Counted from the first letter of the stretch, positions 43,982 to 54,041 are shown. The stretch is 64,000 nucleotides of DNA from Sumerlaeia bacterium (GCA_040219255.1 JAVJSW010000001.1:37250-101249); one strand, 5' to 3'. Notes: generated from the letters alone by a model not told the origin. Numbers and translations are program-made.

Positions 43982-45258
43982 GCTTCGACGGTGGTGTGGC
44001 CGCTGGCGCCGCCGGTGCGCTCGATCAGGATCAGCGTCAAATCGTCGTGCGGCACTTCCCCGCGAATGTGAGAGGAAACATCGCCGGTCACAAGGTCGAG
44101 CGCTTCCTCCAGATCCATGTCGCCGGTGACCGACAGGAGCGAAATCAGTCGTTCCGTGCCATAGGTTTCCCCCGAACCGTCCCGGCCATGGAGGATTCCG
44201 TTCGTCATCAGAATCAACCGGCCTCCGATGGGAAGCGTGCTGAGCGAATCGTGATAGGTAATGTCATCGAAGATGCCGAGTGGTGGGCCGCCGGCGGGTT
44301 CGAGAAGGTCCGCCCGGTCTTCCTCCGGCAGGTGCAGGATGGGCGAGGGATGACCCGCCGCGGAGTGCACCAGAGTGCCCGATTCCGGGTCCACAACGGC
44401 GATATAGCAGGTCATCAGCTCCTCGGAGTCGAAGGTGCTCAGGAGGGTCTTGTTCATTTCCTGGAGGGTTTGCGCCGGGGAAAGCCCCCGCGCCAGCACG
44501 CACCGCAACACCGCCTGGGCCATGGCGGAATGCACCAGGGCCTGCAAGCCCGAGCCCTTGACATCCCAGACGACGTAAGCCACGCGCCCGTCGGGCAGCG
44601 CCAGCGCACCATACCCATCGCCCGATCCATCGCGCCCGCTGGCCTCGAAGTAAACGACTGAGCGCAGGTTGCGGAATTGAGGCAAAGCCTCTGGAATCAG
44701 CCGACTGCGCACACGCGTCATCTGCTCGCTCTTGCGGTCCAGCGTGGCCCTCGCCTCCGCCAACCGGTCATGCAAAAACTTGATCTTCAGGTGCGAAGCG
44801 ACTCGCGCGGAGAGGAGTTGGGGATCGACCGGCTCGAAAAGGAAATCGTCGGCTCCGGCTTCCAGACCGGTGGCCCGGGCGGCGAAATCCTCGTCCGAGA
44901 CCAGCATCAGGATCGGCAGATTTTGCCCCCGGCCCTGGCGTTTGCGCAGCTCTCGGGTCACATCCGCCGGGCGATTGTCTGAAAGTCTGCTGGGCAACAG
45001 GACCAGATCCGCCCCTTGACGCCCCACCTGATGCACCACGTCGTCGCCGTTCACACAGCACAGGACGTCGTAGCCGTTGGCCTGGAGCGTAGCCTTCATC
45101 AGCGCCGAGTCGGGAGTTAACGTATCCACCAGGACGACGCGATGCTTCGCCGATTGCAGATCGCCGGTCGTATTGGCGGGGAAAGGGGTCGGTACACTCA
45201 AGGCTATATCACGCCCACGATGGTCAGGAAGGATAATGAGAATTGTCGCCGAGGCCAA
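43978..45258 (-). CDS. Response-regulator receiver-modulated PP2C (SpoIIE/RsbU-type) serine phosphatase
   Basis: 426 aa; N-terminal REC-like domain then SpoIIE domain (VVWDVKGSGLQA, ILMTNG); stop overlaps start of downstream methyltransferase (ATGA-type overlap). Confidence 0.8.
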   Translation of the reverse strand: MASATILIILPDHRGRDIALSVPTPFPANTTGDLQSAKHRVVLVDTLTPDSALMKATLQANGYDVLCCVNGDDVVHQVGRQGADLVLLPSRLSDNRPADVTRELRKRQGRGQNLPILMLVSDEDFAARATGLEAGADDFLFEPVDPQLLSARVASHLKIKFLHDRLAEARATLDRKSEQMTRVRSRLIPEALPQFRNLRSVVYFEASGRDGSGDGYGALALPDGRVAYVVWDVKGSGLQALVHSAMAQAVLRCVLARGLSPAQTLQEMNKTLLSTFDSEELMTCYIAVVDPESGTLVHSAAGHPSPILHLPEEDRADLLEPAGGPPLGIFDDITYHDSLSTLPIGGRLILMTNGILHGRDGSGETYGTERLISLLSVTGDMDLEEALDLVTGDVSSHIRGEVPHDDLTLILIERTGGASGHTTVEA

Positions 45259-45607
45259 AGACCTTGAGCAACCGGGTCATCCTGAGGACATCCAGGACTT
45301 TCGGCGAGGGATTGACGAGCGAGAGCACCGTGCCCTGATGACGCAAGTGCTGGCGCAATCCCACCAGTACGCCGAGGCCGCTGGTGTCGAGAAAGGGCGT
45401 CTCCGACATGTCCAGGAGAACCGCCTTGGGCTGGCGCGCCGACGCGTCCATCACCATCTCGCGCAGGTCCGAGCAAGTGTCGGCGATCAGTTCGCCAATC
45501 ACGCGTATCTGCAGCGTCTCCTTGTTGCCTTCCAACACCAGTTCCACGCTTGATCGGAGCCCCCGTTGGGAGAAAGATCGAATCGTTGCCATGGTCGCCG
45601 TCGACAT
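45224..45607 (-). CDS. STAS-domain anti-sigma-factor antagonist (SpoIIAA/RsbV-like)
   Basis: ...LDMSETPFLDTSGLGVLVGL: conserved phosphorylatable Ser (DTSG) loop; start chosen at Met about 45607 (track ORF extends to 45700). Confidence 0.7.
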   Translation of the reverse strand: MSTATMATIRSFSQRGLRSSVELVLEGNKETLQIRVIGELIADTCSDLREMVMDASARQPKAVLLDMSETPFLDTSGLGVLVGLRQHLRHQGTVLSLVNPSPKVLDVLRMTRLLKVFGLGDNSHYPS

Positions 45608-45711
45608 GGTCAAATCATAGCCGAACATCGGGCGAAAAAGGCCCGTCGTCAACCGCTTAGTCAAGCGCCTCCAATCCCATCCCACCGGTTTGTCCGGCAA
45701 CGAACATCGCC

Positions 45712-46659
45712 ATGTCCCTGCTTCCCTTTTCCCTCAAAATGCCAGGCCGCTCCTTTCGCGGCAGCCCGCCGCCGCTGACACCGGCGGAAAGGGACCTCGC
45801 CGAGGAACTGCGCCACGACCTCGAACACCTCTGCCGCGACATCGGCGACCGCAGTCTTCCCTACCGCACCGCTCAACTGCGCCAGTCCGCAGAGTGGCTC
45901 ACCGCCCAGCTCAAGGCCGCCGGCTGCGTTGTCGCGGGGCAGAGCTTCGCTGTCGAAGGCGAGCGGGTCGAAAACATCATCGGCGAAGCCCCCGGTCAGG
46001 ACCCCGGCCTCCCGCCGCTTCTCGCCGGAGCCCACTATGACTCCCTTCGTGGAACTGTCGGCGCCAATGACAACGGCAGCGGCGTCGTCTGCGCCCTGGC
46101 CCTCGCCCGCCGGCTCGCCAAGGCGAACCTGGCCCGGACGCTGCGGTTCGTTTTTTTCGTGAACGAAGAACCGCCCTACTTTCAGACGCCCGAAATGGGC
46201 TCGGTGGTCTACGCCCAGCACTGCCGCGCCCAGCAGGAAGAGCTTCTCGGATTCATCAACCTCGAGACCATCGGCCACTACACGCAAGAGCCCAAGTCCC
46301 AGCACTATCCCTTGAAGGCGATGGAGTTCGTACTGCCCACCACGGGCAACTTCCTGGCTTTCGTCGCCAACGAAATGTCCAAGGACCTGCTTTACGCCAC
46401 GATCGGCGAGTTCCGCGAGCACGCGACCCTGCCCAGCGTCGGCGCGGCCCTGCCGGACGACATGGAGGGCATTGGCTTTTCCGATCAGTGGAGTTTCTGG
46501 CAAGTGGGCTATCCGGCCATCATGCTCACCGACACGGCGCCCTTCCGCTATACGCACTACCACACCACCCAGGACACGCCGGACAAGTGCGACTTCGAAT
46601 CGATGGCTCGGCTGACGTCAGCCATGGAGGCGGCGATCCGGGCGCTTTGCTCGAAGTAG
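45712..46659 (+). CDS. M28-family peptidase (aminopeptidase-like)
   Basis: 315 aa; AHYDS, NDNGSGV, FFVNEEP metal-binding blocks of M28 peptidases. Confidence 0.8.
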   Translation: MSLLPFSLKMPGRSFRGSPPPLTPAERDLAEELRHDLEHLCRDIGDRSLPYRTAQLRQSAEWLTAQLKAAGCVVAGQSFAVEGERVENIIGEAPGQDPGLPPLLAGAHYDSLRGTVGANDNGSGVVCALALARRLAKANLARTLRFVFFVNEEPPYFQTPEMGSVVYAQHCRAQQEELLGFINLETIGHYTQEPKSQHYPLKAMEFVLPTTGNFLAFVANEMSKDLLYATIGEFREHATLPSVGAALPDDMEGIGFSDQWSFWQVGYPAIMLTDTAPFRYTHYHTTQDTPDKCDFESMARLTSAMEAAIRALCSK

Positions 46660-46669
46660 GGCTCGGAGA

Positions 46670-47299
46670 CTAGATATCCGAATCGCGGATGAGAGCCCAA
46701 TTGGCCCTGAGATAGTTCAACCCCGACACCACCGTCAGCACGACCGCCACCAGGAACGCCAGGAACGGCCCCCACTCGTACACCAGATCGGCGCGGAACC
46801 GGGACACGAGAGGATCGGCCCAGACGCCCGCGGCGACCAGGAAGTCCTTGGTCATCAAGAACGTGATCGTCGTGATGATGGCGCCGAGTTGCCAGCCGGT
46901 CTTGTGTTTCCCCCAGCGGTCCGCCGCCATCACGAAGCCATTCACCGCGGCCAGCGTGCGCAGGCCTGTGACCAGAAATTCCCGGCACAGAATCACGATC
47001 ACCAGCCAGGACGGAACGAGTTGCAATTCGACGAAAGCGACGAAGGCGGCGGTGACGAGAAGCTTGTCGGCGAGCGGGTCCAGGAGCTTTCCCAGGTTCG
47101 AAATCGCCCCCGTCTCGCGCGCCAGTTTGCCATCGTAATAATCCGTGATCGCCGCCGCCACGACAAGCAGCAGGCAGCACGCCCGGCTGATCGCCGCCAG
47201 AAGCGGGTTCGACGGGTCCGTTCCCGGCGCCAGCAGGGTCGCCAGAATCAAGGGAATGACGAGGATTCGGCTGAGGCTGAGTTTATTCGGAAGGGTCAT
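46670..47299 (-). CDS. pgsA: CDP-diacylglycerol--glycerol-3-phosphate 3-phosphatidyltransferase
   Basis: 209 aa; CDP-alcohol phosphatidyltransferase motif DYYDGKLAR...G...DPLADKL. Confidence 0.85.
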   Translation of the reverse strand: MTLPNKLSLSRILVIPLILATLLAPGTDPSNPLLAAISRACCLLLVVAAAITDYYDGKLARETGAISNLGKLLDPLADKLLVTAAFVAFVELQLVPSWLVIVILCREFLVTGLRTLAAVNGFVMAADRWGKHKTGWQLGAIITTITFLMTKDFLVAAGVWADPLVSRFRADLVYEWGPFLAFLVAVVLTVVSGLNYLRANWALIRDSDI

Positions 47300-47335
47300 G
47301 AAAGGTCCAAAAGCCCGGGGAATGAACGGGGGCGA

Positions 47336-48424
47336 TTACCTCGACTCGCGGATTGCCGAGTCAATGACTTCTCCCACCAGTGTGTGCTCCTGTGCCGCGA
47401 TTTGGAGCTGCGTGCCCCGCGCGGCCTTCAGCGCATCCACGAACGCGAGGGCTATGCCCATCCCCAGACGGGGGCTGCGCGCCGCCCGCGTGATCCGCCC
47501 CACCGGCATCCCGTCGTACATCACGCGGTCGCCGCCTCGCGGCATACGGCCATCCTCGAATCGGATATTCACCAGACGGCGGCTGAATTCTCCGCAGGTG
47601 CTGTGGAGCAACGCCCGGCGCCCCACGAAACGGCGCTTGTGGAACGCGATGTCCTCCGCCTCGCCCAGTTCGATGGGCGTCGTGTCCTCGTCGATCTCCG
47701 TGCCCACTTGGGGAATGCCGGCTTCGAGCGTCAGGATATCGACCGCTTGCTGACCGACGGGAACCAGACCGAGCTGCGCCCCCATCGAGTACAGCCGGTC
47801 CCAGACGTCCTCGAGAAACGGAGTGCCCATGTTGATCTGATAGCCTTCGATGCCGGCGAAGGGGGCGTTGAAAATCAGGCAGCGGGCCTGACCGATCTGG
47901 ACGATGGTGGACTCTCCGGGCCGATGGGGGAGCGAACCGTCGAGCAGCGCGCTCTCAAGAATTCCATGGGCGAGCGGCCCGCGCACCTCGATCGTTCCCT
48001 GCGTTTTCGTGTTGTTGGCGATTTCGATCGCTTTGTCGGCGGTCTGGCTCTGCATCCATCCGAGCAGACGCTCGGACATGGAACCGGTGCCATGAAGCAG
48101 GTAGAACTTATCGGTGCGATGAATCGCCACGGAATCGATGATGCCGCCGCGCTCGTTGCACATGTAGCTTTGGCGGGTCTGGTTCGGCTCGAGCCCGGAG
48201 AGGACACTGGTGGTCAGGAAATCGAGAACCTCGCCCGCCGCCTCGCCCGTGAGGCGGAAACGGCTGTCGTGACACCGGTCGATGAGTCCGGCGGCGGTGC
48301 GCAGCGATTCGTACTCCGCTTCCGAAGTGCTGAACCGATAAGGCACCTCGATCCCATGGCTCTCCAGCAATCGTGCCCCATGGCTTTCGTGCCAGTGTGC
48401 AAGAGGAGAGCGTTTGCCAGCCAT
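47336..48424 (-). CDS. Glycine-cleavage T-protein family aminomethyltransferase (GcvT-like; could be folate-binding YgfZ-type)
   Basis: Conserved N-terminus MAGKRSPLAHWHESHGARL and GcvT fold blocks; start at Met 48424 (track ORF extends to 48583). Confidence 0.7.
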   Translation of the reverse strand: MAGKRSPLAHWHESHGARLLESHGIEVPYRFSTSEAEYESLRTAAGLIDRCHDSRFRLTGEAAGEVLDFLTTSVLSGLEPNQTRQSYMCNERGGIIDSVAIHRTDKFYLLHGTGSMSERLLGWMQSQTADKAIEIANNTKTQGTIEVRGPLAHGILESALLDGSLPHRPGESTIVQIGQARCLIFNAPFAGIEGYQINMGTPFLEDVWDRLYSMGAQLGLVPVGQQAVDILTLEAGIPQVGTEIDEDTTPIELGEAEDIAFHKRRFVGRRALLHSTCGEFSRRLVNIRFEDGRMPRGGDRVMYDGMPVGRITRAARSPRLGMGIALAFVDALKAARGTQLQIAAQEHTLVGEVIDSAIRESR

Positions 48425-48627
48425 AGTTGCCCCATTCCCGAAAATTCTCTCTGCCGGAAACGAGTTCCCGGGCCAGAACGTGACCCTATTTCCTAGGTCC
48501 GCCGGGGGCAAGGAGCAAGAGAGACCGCCATCCCGGCTGAAAAAGGAAAAAGCCGGGAGAGCGATTCTTCGCTCTCCCGGCATCGATCCTGGGTCAGAGG
48601 CGCTTGTGAAGCGATGAAGGAGGGGTC

Positions 48628-50301
48628 TTAGAAGGTGGGCTTGTCCACCGACTCGACAGTGATGCTACGCAGCGTGATCGAGGGATTCTGGACCGAGCCG
48701 GCGCCACGAAGGTCGTAGACGTCGAAGCCAAGGTCGAGCGGCGAGCCGTTCGCCCCATCCGGAACCACGAAGAAGGCCTGATAAGACTCACCGTCCGCAT
48801 CGGGGGCATCGGCCGGATCCGAGGCGGTCGAGTTCAAGGACAGATCGCCCACGAAGTCGTTGTTGCCGGCCGCGAAGCGCAGACGCACCACGGGAAGCTC
48901 GGCGGGAACCGCGTCCGCGGAGACGACCATCGTCACGCGGTAGAGCTTCGACGAGTTCGCCGTGCCGATGTTCAGGACGTCCCAGAACCCGTAGGAGAAG
49001 GCGCCGATGCTGAAGTCGGCGGGTCCGGCGCTGGTGACCTGAAGGCCATCGGCGGTGGCGGTCAGCGTCGCGCCGGGCAGCGCGCCGCCGGCGTCGACCG
49101 ACGTGTTGTTCCAGCCGTTCGTGTTGCTGCCGGAGAAGTCGGCGGAGTACACGGGGGCGAAGGTGCCCAGGGCGGCCGGATCGATCACGCGCTCCGTCAG
49201 GCGGGCGAGCGTGATGCTCTCGTTGGCCGAACCAAGACCGATCTGAAGGATGTCCATCGCGATGTCGAAGCCGGAGCGGCCACCGACACTGTCGGCCACA
49301 TGGGCCGGAACGGTGGAGACCACCGAATAGGTCTCGCCGTCGCCGTCGGGCGTGACGATGATGTTGTTGTTCGGGTCCGAGTCCTGGAAGAGGACGCCGG
49401 TGCCGCGGAAAGTATCGGCGGAGTTCAGACGCACACGTCCCGGAGGAACCGCGCCGCCGGAGGTCGAAGAGCTGACTTCGAAGGTGTTGTAGTAGATCAC
49501 ACCCTGCGGGGGCTGACCGAAGGCATCGGTCGTGAAGCCCGAGTCCCAGGTACCGAAGGAGAGGTCGCGATTCTTGGACAGAATCCGCAGACCGGCGCCC
49601 GGTACGGCGTTGCCTTCCGGCAGGTTGCCGGCGGGCAGAATGCCGTTGTAAGTCCAGGTTCCGGCGCCATTCACCTCGAAATCCGTAACCGACGGGAACG
49701 CTCCCGCCACCACGTTGACCGTGATGGTGTCGCCGGCCGGGCGGGTTTCGCCCTGGGCGTTGAGCGAGTTGCCGCTGGCATCGGAGATACCCAGCAGACC
49801 GGTGTTGTTGTCGATGGCGGAGACCAATTCCACAGCCACGTCACCGGTGCCCGAACCGGTCGGGATGCTGACGGTGGCGACGCGCTGGCTGGCGCTGGCG
49901 TTGAAGGTGGAAATGGGGTTGTTGCTGGTCGAATAAATCACCCCGCGGAACTCGATCACGTTGCCCGTGATCGTTCCACCGGAGACTCCGGTCCGATCGA
50001 GCTTCTCGTTGAACACGTAGGTGAACGTGCCGGCGAGACTGGGATCGATGGCCGAGGTGGCGTTGGCGAAATCGAGAAGAGCCCCATCGGCCTGCTCGAT
50101 TCGCAAAGTGAAGTTCACACCCGCCACGCCTTCCGGCACGTTCTCGACGAAGATGTCGAGATCGAGGGTGGACAACGGCCGAACTTCGACCGAATCGCTC
50201 CCGAAGGAGAAGTCGTATGCCTGGGCCGAAGTGGCCGCCAGGCAGGTAGCGGCACCGGCAAGGGCTAATGCCTTGATGGACCTACGCGCCATTCGCTTCA
50301 T
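48628..50301 (-). CDS. Hypothetical secreted Gly/Thr/Ser/Asn-rich beta-rich protein
   Basis: Signal peptide MKRMARRSIKALALAGAATCLAATSAQA from Met about 50301; no catalytic motifs recognised. Confidence 0.55.
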   Translation of the reverse strand: MKRMARRSIKALALAGAATCLAATSAQAYDFSFGSDSVEVRPLSTLDLDIFVENVPEGVAGVNFTLRIEQADGALLDFANATSAIDPSLAGTFTYVFNEKLDRTGVSGGTITGNVIEFRGVIYSTSNNPISTFNASASQRVATVSIPTGSGTGDVAVELVSAIDNNTGLLGISDASGNSLNAQGETRPAGDTITVNVVAGAFPSVTDFEVNGAGTWTYNGILPAGNLPEGNAVPGAGLRILSKNRDLSFGTWDSGFTTDAFGQPPQGVIYYNTFEVSSSTSGGAVPPGRVRLNSADTFRGTGVLFQDSDPNNNIIVTPDGDGETYSVVSTVPAHVADSVGGRSGFDIAMDILQIGLGSANESITLARLTERVIDPAALGTFAPVYSADFSGSNTNGWNNTSVDAGGALPGATLTATADGLQVTSAGPADFSIGAFSYGFWDVLNIGTANSSKLYRVTMVVSADAVPAELPVVRLRFAAGNNDFVGDLSLNSTASDPADAPDADGESYQAFFVVPDGANGSPLDLGFDVYDLRGAGSVQNPSITLRSITVESVDKPTF

Positions 50302-50615
50302 GAGATACTCCTCTGAATCATTCTCTCTGCCACATCGTCTCCAATGAGGCGGAGGAAAAGCAAGACCAGGATTCATGCTTTCGCATTTCTCTCTTACCGT
50401 TCCCCTTCGCCGAAGCGTGAGTCAAGCTTGAACAGCAAGTGAGTGATGGGGTATCTAACCTTTTTCCCCAAGTGGATGGCAAGCCAGAAAGACCATCGCA
50501 GGGAATAAGTTCAGTACCCTACTTTCTATTTCTGGACCAACTCCCCCCTGTGTCAACCCACACTTCCATTTTTCTCCACCCTTCCCCGCCAATCTCAGCC
50601 ACCCATCCAGAACGT

Positions 50616-51764
50616 TCAGGGAGCGGGCTCCACGATTTCCGCCAGCTTCTCCGCCAGAACCCGCACCTCCTCGACGCCTGTCAGGTGACTTAGGGAAATC
50701 CTCAGCCCTCCCCGGGCCCGCTCCTCATCCCCGGGAAACATCGACGCCAGAACCGGCGAAACCGACACCACGCCGGTCGAGCAGGCGGCTCCCGGCGAAA
50801 CGGCGCAACCCCGCCCGTCCAGGGCGATCGCCAAATCCGTGGCGGCGATGGGGCCGAAGGAGAGGTTCAACACCCCTGGCAATCGGGGGGCCTCCCCATT
50901 GCGCCGGCAAATCACCCCGAGGTCCGCCAGCGCCCGCAGAAAAGCCTCCTCCAACCGATGCACCGCTCGGGTCCGCGCCTCCCGCTCTTCGCACGCCAGT
51001 TCGAGCGCCCGCGCGCAACCGATCGCCAGAACCACCGGCTCCGTGCCGCCCCGGATTTCGCTCTCCTGACTGCCCCCTGTGACCTGCGGGACGATCGTCT
51101 GCAAGTCTCGGCCCGCCAGGAATCCAATCCCCACCGGCCCATAGAACTTGTGCGCCGCCCCAAAGGCGAAATCCGCCCCCAGCGCGTCCAGACCCAGCGG
51201 CACTTTCCCCACCGACTGAGTGACGTCGCACAGCCAATGGGCGCCCAGTTCGGCGGTCCATCCCGGAATGCTTTCCACATCCTGCAAAACACCCGTTTCA
51301 TTGTTGCTGTGCATGACACAAATAAGATCGGGAGGACTATTCACTTCTGCAATCCATTTTGATTCCGGAATACAAATCCGACCATTCGCTCCCGCTTCCA
51401 TCCAATGGGGGACAACGCTTCCGCGCTCCGCCATCCCCGCCAGCGTCTTCTCGACACAGGAGTGTTCGAGGGCGGAGGCCCAGACCCGCATCGGCCGATC
51501 CAGAGTTTGCGCGAGGCCCCGGATCGCCAGGTTCGCCGCCTCTGTGGCACCCGAGGTGAAGACGAGATGATTGGGGTCTTCGATTCCGAGGCAAGCGGCC
51601 ACGCGCTCGCGCGCGTCTTCGAGCAGCATGCGGGCGCGCTGGCCCAGGCGGTGCGTGCTCGAGGGGTTCAGGGGCAGGCCCTGGATCGCCGCCATCGCTT
51701 CCCAGACCCGGGGATCGAGGGGGGTGGTGGCGGCGTGGTCAAAGTAGTGGAGCGGGATGGGCAT
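50616..51764 (-). CDS. Cysteine desulfurase (NifS/IscS-family class-V aminotransferase)
   Basis: 382 aa; PLP lysine block GAHKFYGPVGIGFL, SGATEAANLAIRG, C-terminal active-site Cys loop. Confidence 0.85.
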   Translation of the reverse strand: MPIPLHYFDHAATTPLDPRVWEAMAAIQGLPLNPSSTHRLGQRARMLLEDARERVAACLGIEDPNHLVFTSGATEAANLAIRGLAQTLDRPMRVWASALEHSCVEKTLAGMAERGSVVPHWMEAGANGRICIPESKWIAEVNSPPDLICVMHSNNETGVLQDVESIPGWTAELGAHWLCDVTQSVGKVPLGLDALGADFAFGAAHKFYGPVGIGFLAGRDLQTIVPQVTGGSQESEIRGGTEPVVLAIGCARALELACEEREARTRAVHRLEEAFLRALADLGVICRRNGEAPRLPGVLNLSFGPIAATDLAIALDGRGCAVSPGAACSTGVVSVSPVLASMFPGDEERARGGLRISLSHLTGVEEVRVLAEKLAEIVEPAP

Positions 51765-51918
51765 CGGCGATCCTCGAGAAATTGGCGCTTGGGGAAAATC
51801 AGGCTTTGGACTTGCGACGGAAATTGGTGGGCAGGCAGCTTAGCGTTCCGAAACTCGCGGTGCGCCCGACTTGGCGATGGGGGTGACGTGCCGGGTTCTT
51901 CACCCGGTCCAAAAGTTC

Positions 51919-53955
51919 ATGAAGCCACTCGATCAAAAGCTTATCAACCGGCTCCGTAAGATGGGGGCTCTGGACGGCGAACAGTCGGACCTGGTGACTC
52001 GGCGTACCGAGGAATCGGGCCTGCCCGCGCAAACGGTCCTCGATGCCCTGGGGATCGTCGAACCGAAAATCGTGGCGCGCCAGGTCGCGCGCCTCAGCGG
52101 ACTCGAGTTTCTGGACTTGGACGCTTTCGAACCGGCCCCCGAAGTTCTGCGCCAACTCCCCACGGAGCTGGTACAGCGTTACGCCGTGCTGCCCGTCGGC
52201 GAAGTCGGCGGTGATTTGATCCTCGCCGTCTCCGACGCCACCAATGTCCTCAAGATCGACGAGTTGAAGGCCCTGACGGGTCGCACCCTGCGGGTCGTGC
52301 TGGCGACGGAGAAGTCGATCCGGCGGGCCCTGGCGCTCTATTACAGCGTCACTCCGGCGGAGGAGGCGTTGTCCTCGCGCCGCAGCCGGACGCCCCAGCC
52401 GGAGTTCCGTTCCGAAGAACGCGAGCTCACCACGCGCGGCCGAGATATTCACGAGGTCGCCACCGTTTTCGACGCCACGCCCGCACCGGCGCCAGGCAAA
52501 GCCGCCGGGCCCGAGCGGCCGCCCGAAGCACCCGAAGCGCCCCAGGCTGGCACCTCGGCCAGCGAGTCCAGTTCGGACAGCGAGACCGAAGACATCAGCT
52601 TTCACGACCTGGAAACGCGCATCGATATGGGGTCGAAGGAGACGCGCCTGGACATGCCGGGCAGCTTGCCGCCGGACGCCATTCCCGTGGCCGGGTCCGC
52701 AAATTCCGCCTCCACCGAACTGCTTTCCGTCGGCGACGCCCAGACCTTTCTGGACCCCGCCGCACAATCGACCCGCATCGCCTCGCCGGAGAAGACCAGC
52801 CACAAGAACGGCTGGATTCGCCTCGCCATCGAGAACGACTCCGACCTCGAAGTCCTCAAGACGGTGGAAAAGGTTCTGGAAGAGGCTTTGGAATTCGGCG
52901 CCGAGGAAATCGAGCTGGCGCCGCCTACCGGCCCCGACGTCATCGTCCGCGCCCGCAAAGCCACCTCGTGGATCGATCTGCACAGCTACAATCCCCGCCT
53001 TCACGAGCCCGTGGTGGCGCATCTCCGCAAGATGTCGGGCTTACCAGCCGCCGAGCGGGAAAGCCACGACCTCCTCATCGAGCGGCGCTTCGACCTCTCG
53101 ACGCGCCGCGGAGAAGTGCCTGTCGTCGCCCACTTCGCCACCACCGTCCGGGGCTCGCGGTGCCTGCTCCGTCTGCCGGAAAACACGCCGCTGCTTCAAC
53201 GCCCGCTGCGCATCCTCGGCACCGACAACGATTTGCAGAAACGCATCGGCGAACGACTGGACAGTGGCGCCGGCGGAGCGATTTTCTTCTCCGCCACCAC
53301 CCAGCGCATGGCCGCCCAGCTCTTTTCCTCGCTTCTGCACGAACAAGCCTCGCGCGGGCGGTCGGTCATCGCGCTCGAAATGGGCGAGAGCCGCACCATT
53401 CCCAACGTGTCGCAGATCTCCTGTGAAGACGCTCCCGCGCTGCTCGACAACCTGCATCACGCCAGCAAGGAAAACCCCGATGTACTCGGCGTTTCCTCCA
53501 TCCCCGACGTGAAGACGATGCGCGAGGTCCTGAACCTGGCGCTCCAAGGCCAGACCATCGTGGGCGCTTTCAGCGCGCCCGACGCGTCCTCGGGCATGGC
53601 GATCTACGAGGCCGCCGGTCTCGACCCGCTCGAACTCTTCCGCGGCATCGTCGCCCACATTCACGCCAGCCAGGTGCCGCGCCTGTGCAGCCGCTGCCGC
53701 GCGGAAATGGAAGATCCCGCCGGCGTCTTCGTTTCGCCCTGGGCCGAGGCCTTCAAGGACCTGCCCCTCTACGAAGCGAAAGGCTGTCCCGACTGTCGCA
53801 ATACCGGCCGCAAGGGCAGCAATTGGGTGGCCGAAGCGTTCGTGCCCCGCTCGGAACCGGAAGGCGAGCGCTTCCGCCAGGTCCGCCACCGCGAAACGGC
53901 CCTGCGCCAGCTCGTGCGCGAGGCTTGGCTCGACCCGCGCGACATCCGCTCGTAG
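51919..53955 (+). CDS. GspE/PilB-family secretion-ATPase paralogue with degenerate (predicted inactive) Walker A/B and His boxes; retains N-terminal T2SSE_N domain and C-terminal tetracysteine Zn motif
   Basis: N-term T2SSE_N-like (LINRLRKMGALDGEQSDL...LVQRYAVLPV); core aligns to GspE but GPTGSGKSTT is replaced by SATTQRMAAQ, Walker-B Glu by Ser (VLGVSSIPD), His-box (TGHLVLSTLH) by GQTIVGAFSA; CSRC...CPDC retained. Confidence 0.7.
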   Translation: MKPLDQKLINRLRKMGALDGEQSDLVTRRTEESGLPAQTVLDALGIVEPKIVARQVARLSGLEFLDLDAFEPAPEVLRQLPTELVQRYAVLPVGEVGGDLILAVSDATNVLKIDELKALTGRTLRVVLATEKSIRRALALYYSVTPAEEALSSRRSRTPQPEFRSEERELTTRGRDIHEVATVFDATPAPAPGKAAGPERPPEAPEAPQAGTSASESSSDSETEDISFHDLETRIDMGSKETRLDMPGSLPPDAIPVAGSANSASTELLSVGDAQTFLDPAAQSTRIASPEKTSHKNGWIRLAIENDSDLEVLKTVEKVLEEALEFGAEEIELAPPTGPDVIVRARKATSWIDLHSYNPRLHEPVVAHLRKMSGLPAAERESHDLLIERRFDLSTRRGEVPVVAHFATTVRGSRCLLRLPENTPLLQRPLRILGTDNDLQKRIGERLDSGAGGAIFFSATTQRMAAQLFSSLLHEQASRGRSVIALEMGESRTIPNVSQISCEDAPALLDNLHHASKENPDVLGVSSIPDVKTMREVLNLALQGQTIVGAFSAPDASSGMAIYEAAGLDPLELFRGIVAHIHASQVPRLCSRCRAEMEDPAGVFVSPWAEAFKDLPLYEAKGCPDCRNTGRKGSNWVAEAFVPRSEPEGERFRQVRHRETALRQLVREAWLDPRDIRS

Positions 53956-54041
53956 GCCCGCCTTCAGGCGGAAAGTTGAGCAGTGAAAGTTGAGCAGTGC
54001 GTGTTCTCCCCCACCAGCCACTCTTCGGCCCATTCTCTGCA

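Noticed and set aside
53971-53998. 14-nt tandem duplication (gaaagttgagcagt x2) just after the GspE-like gene
   Set aside because: Only two copies, intergenic, no partner repeats elsewhere in window. Likely a slippage duplication without obvious function.
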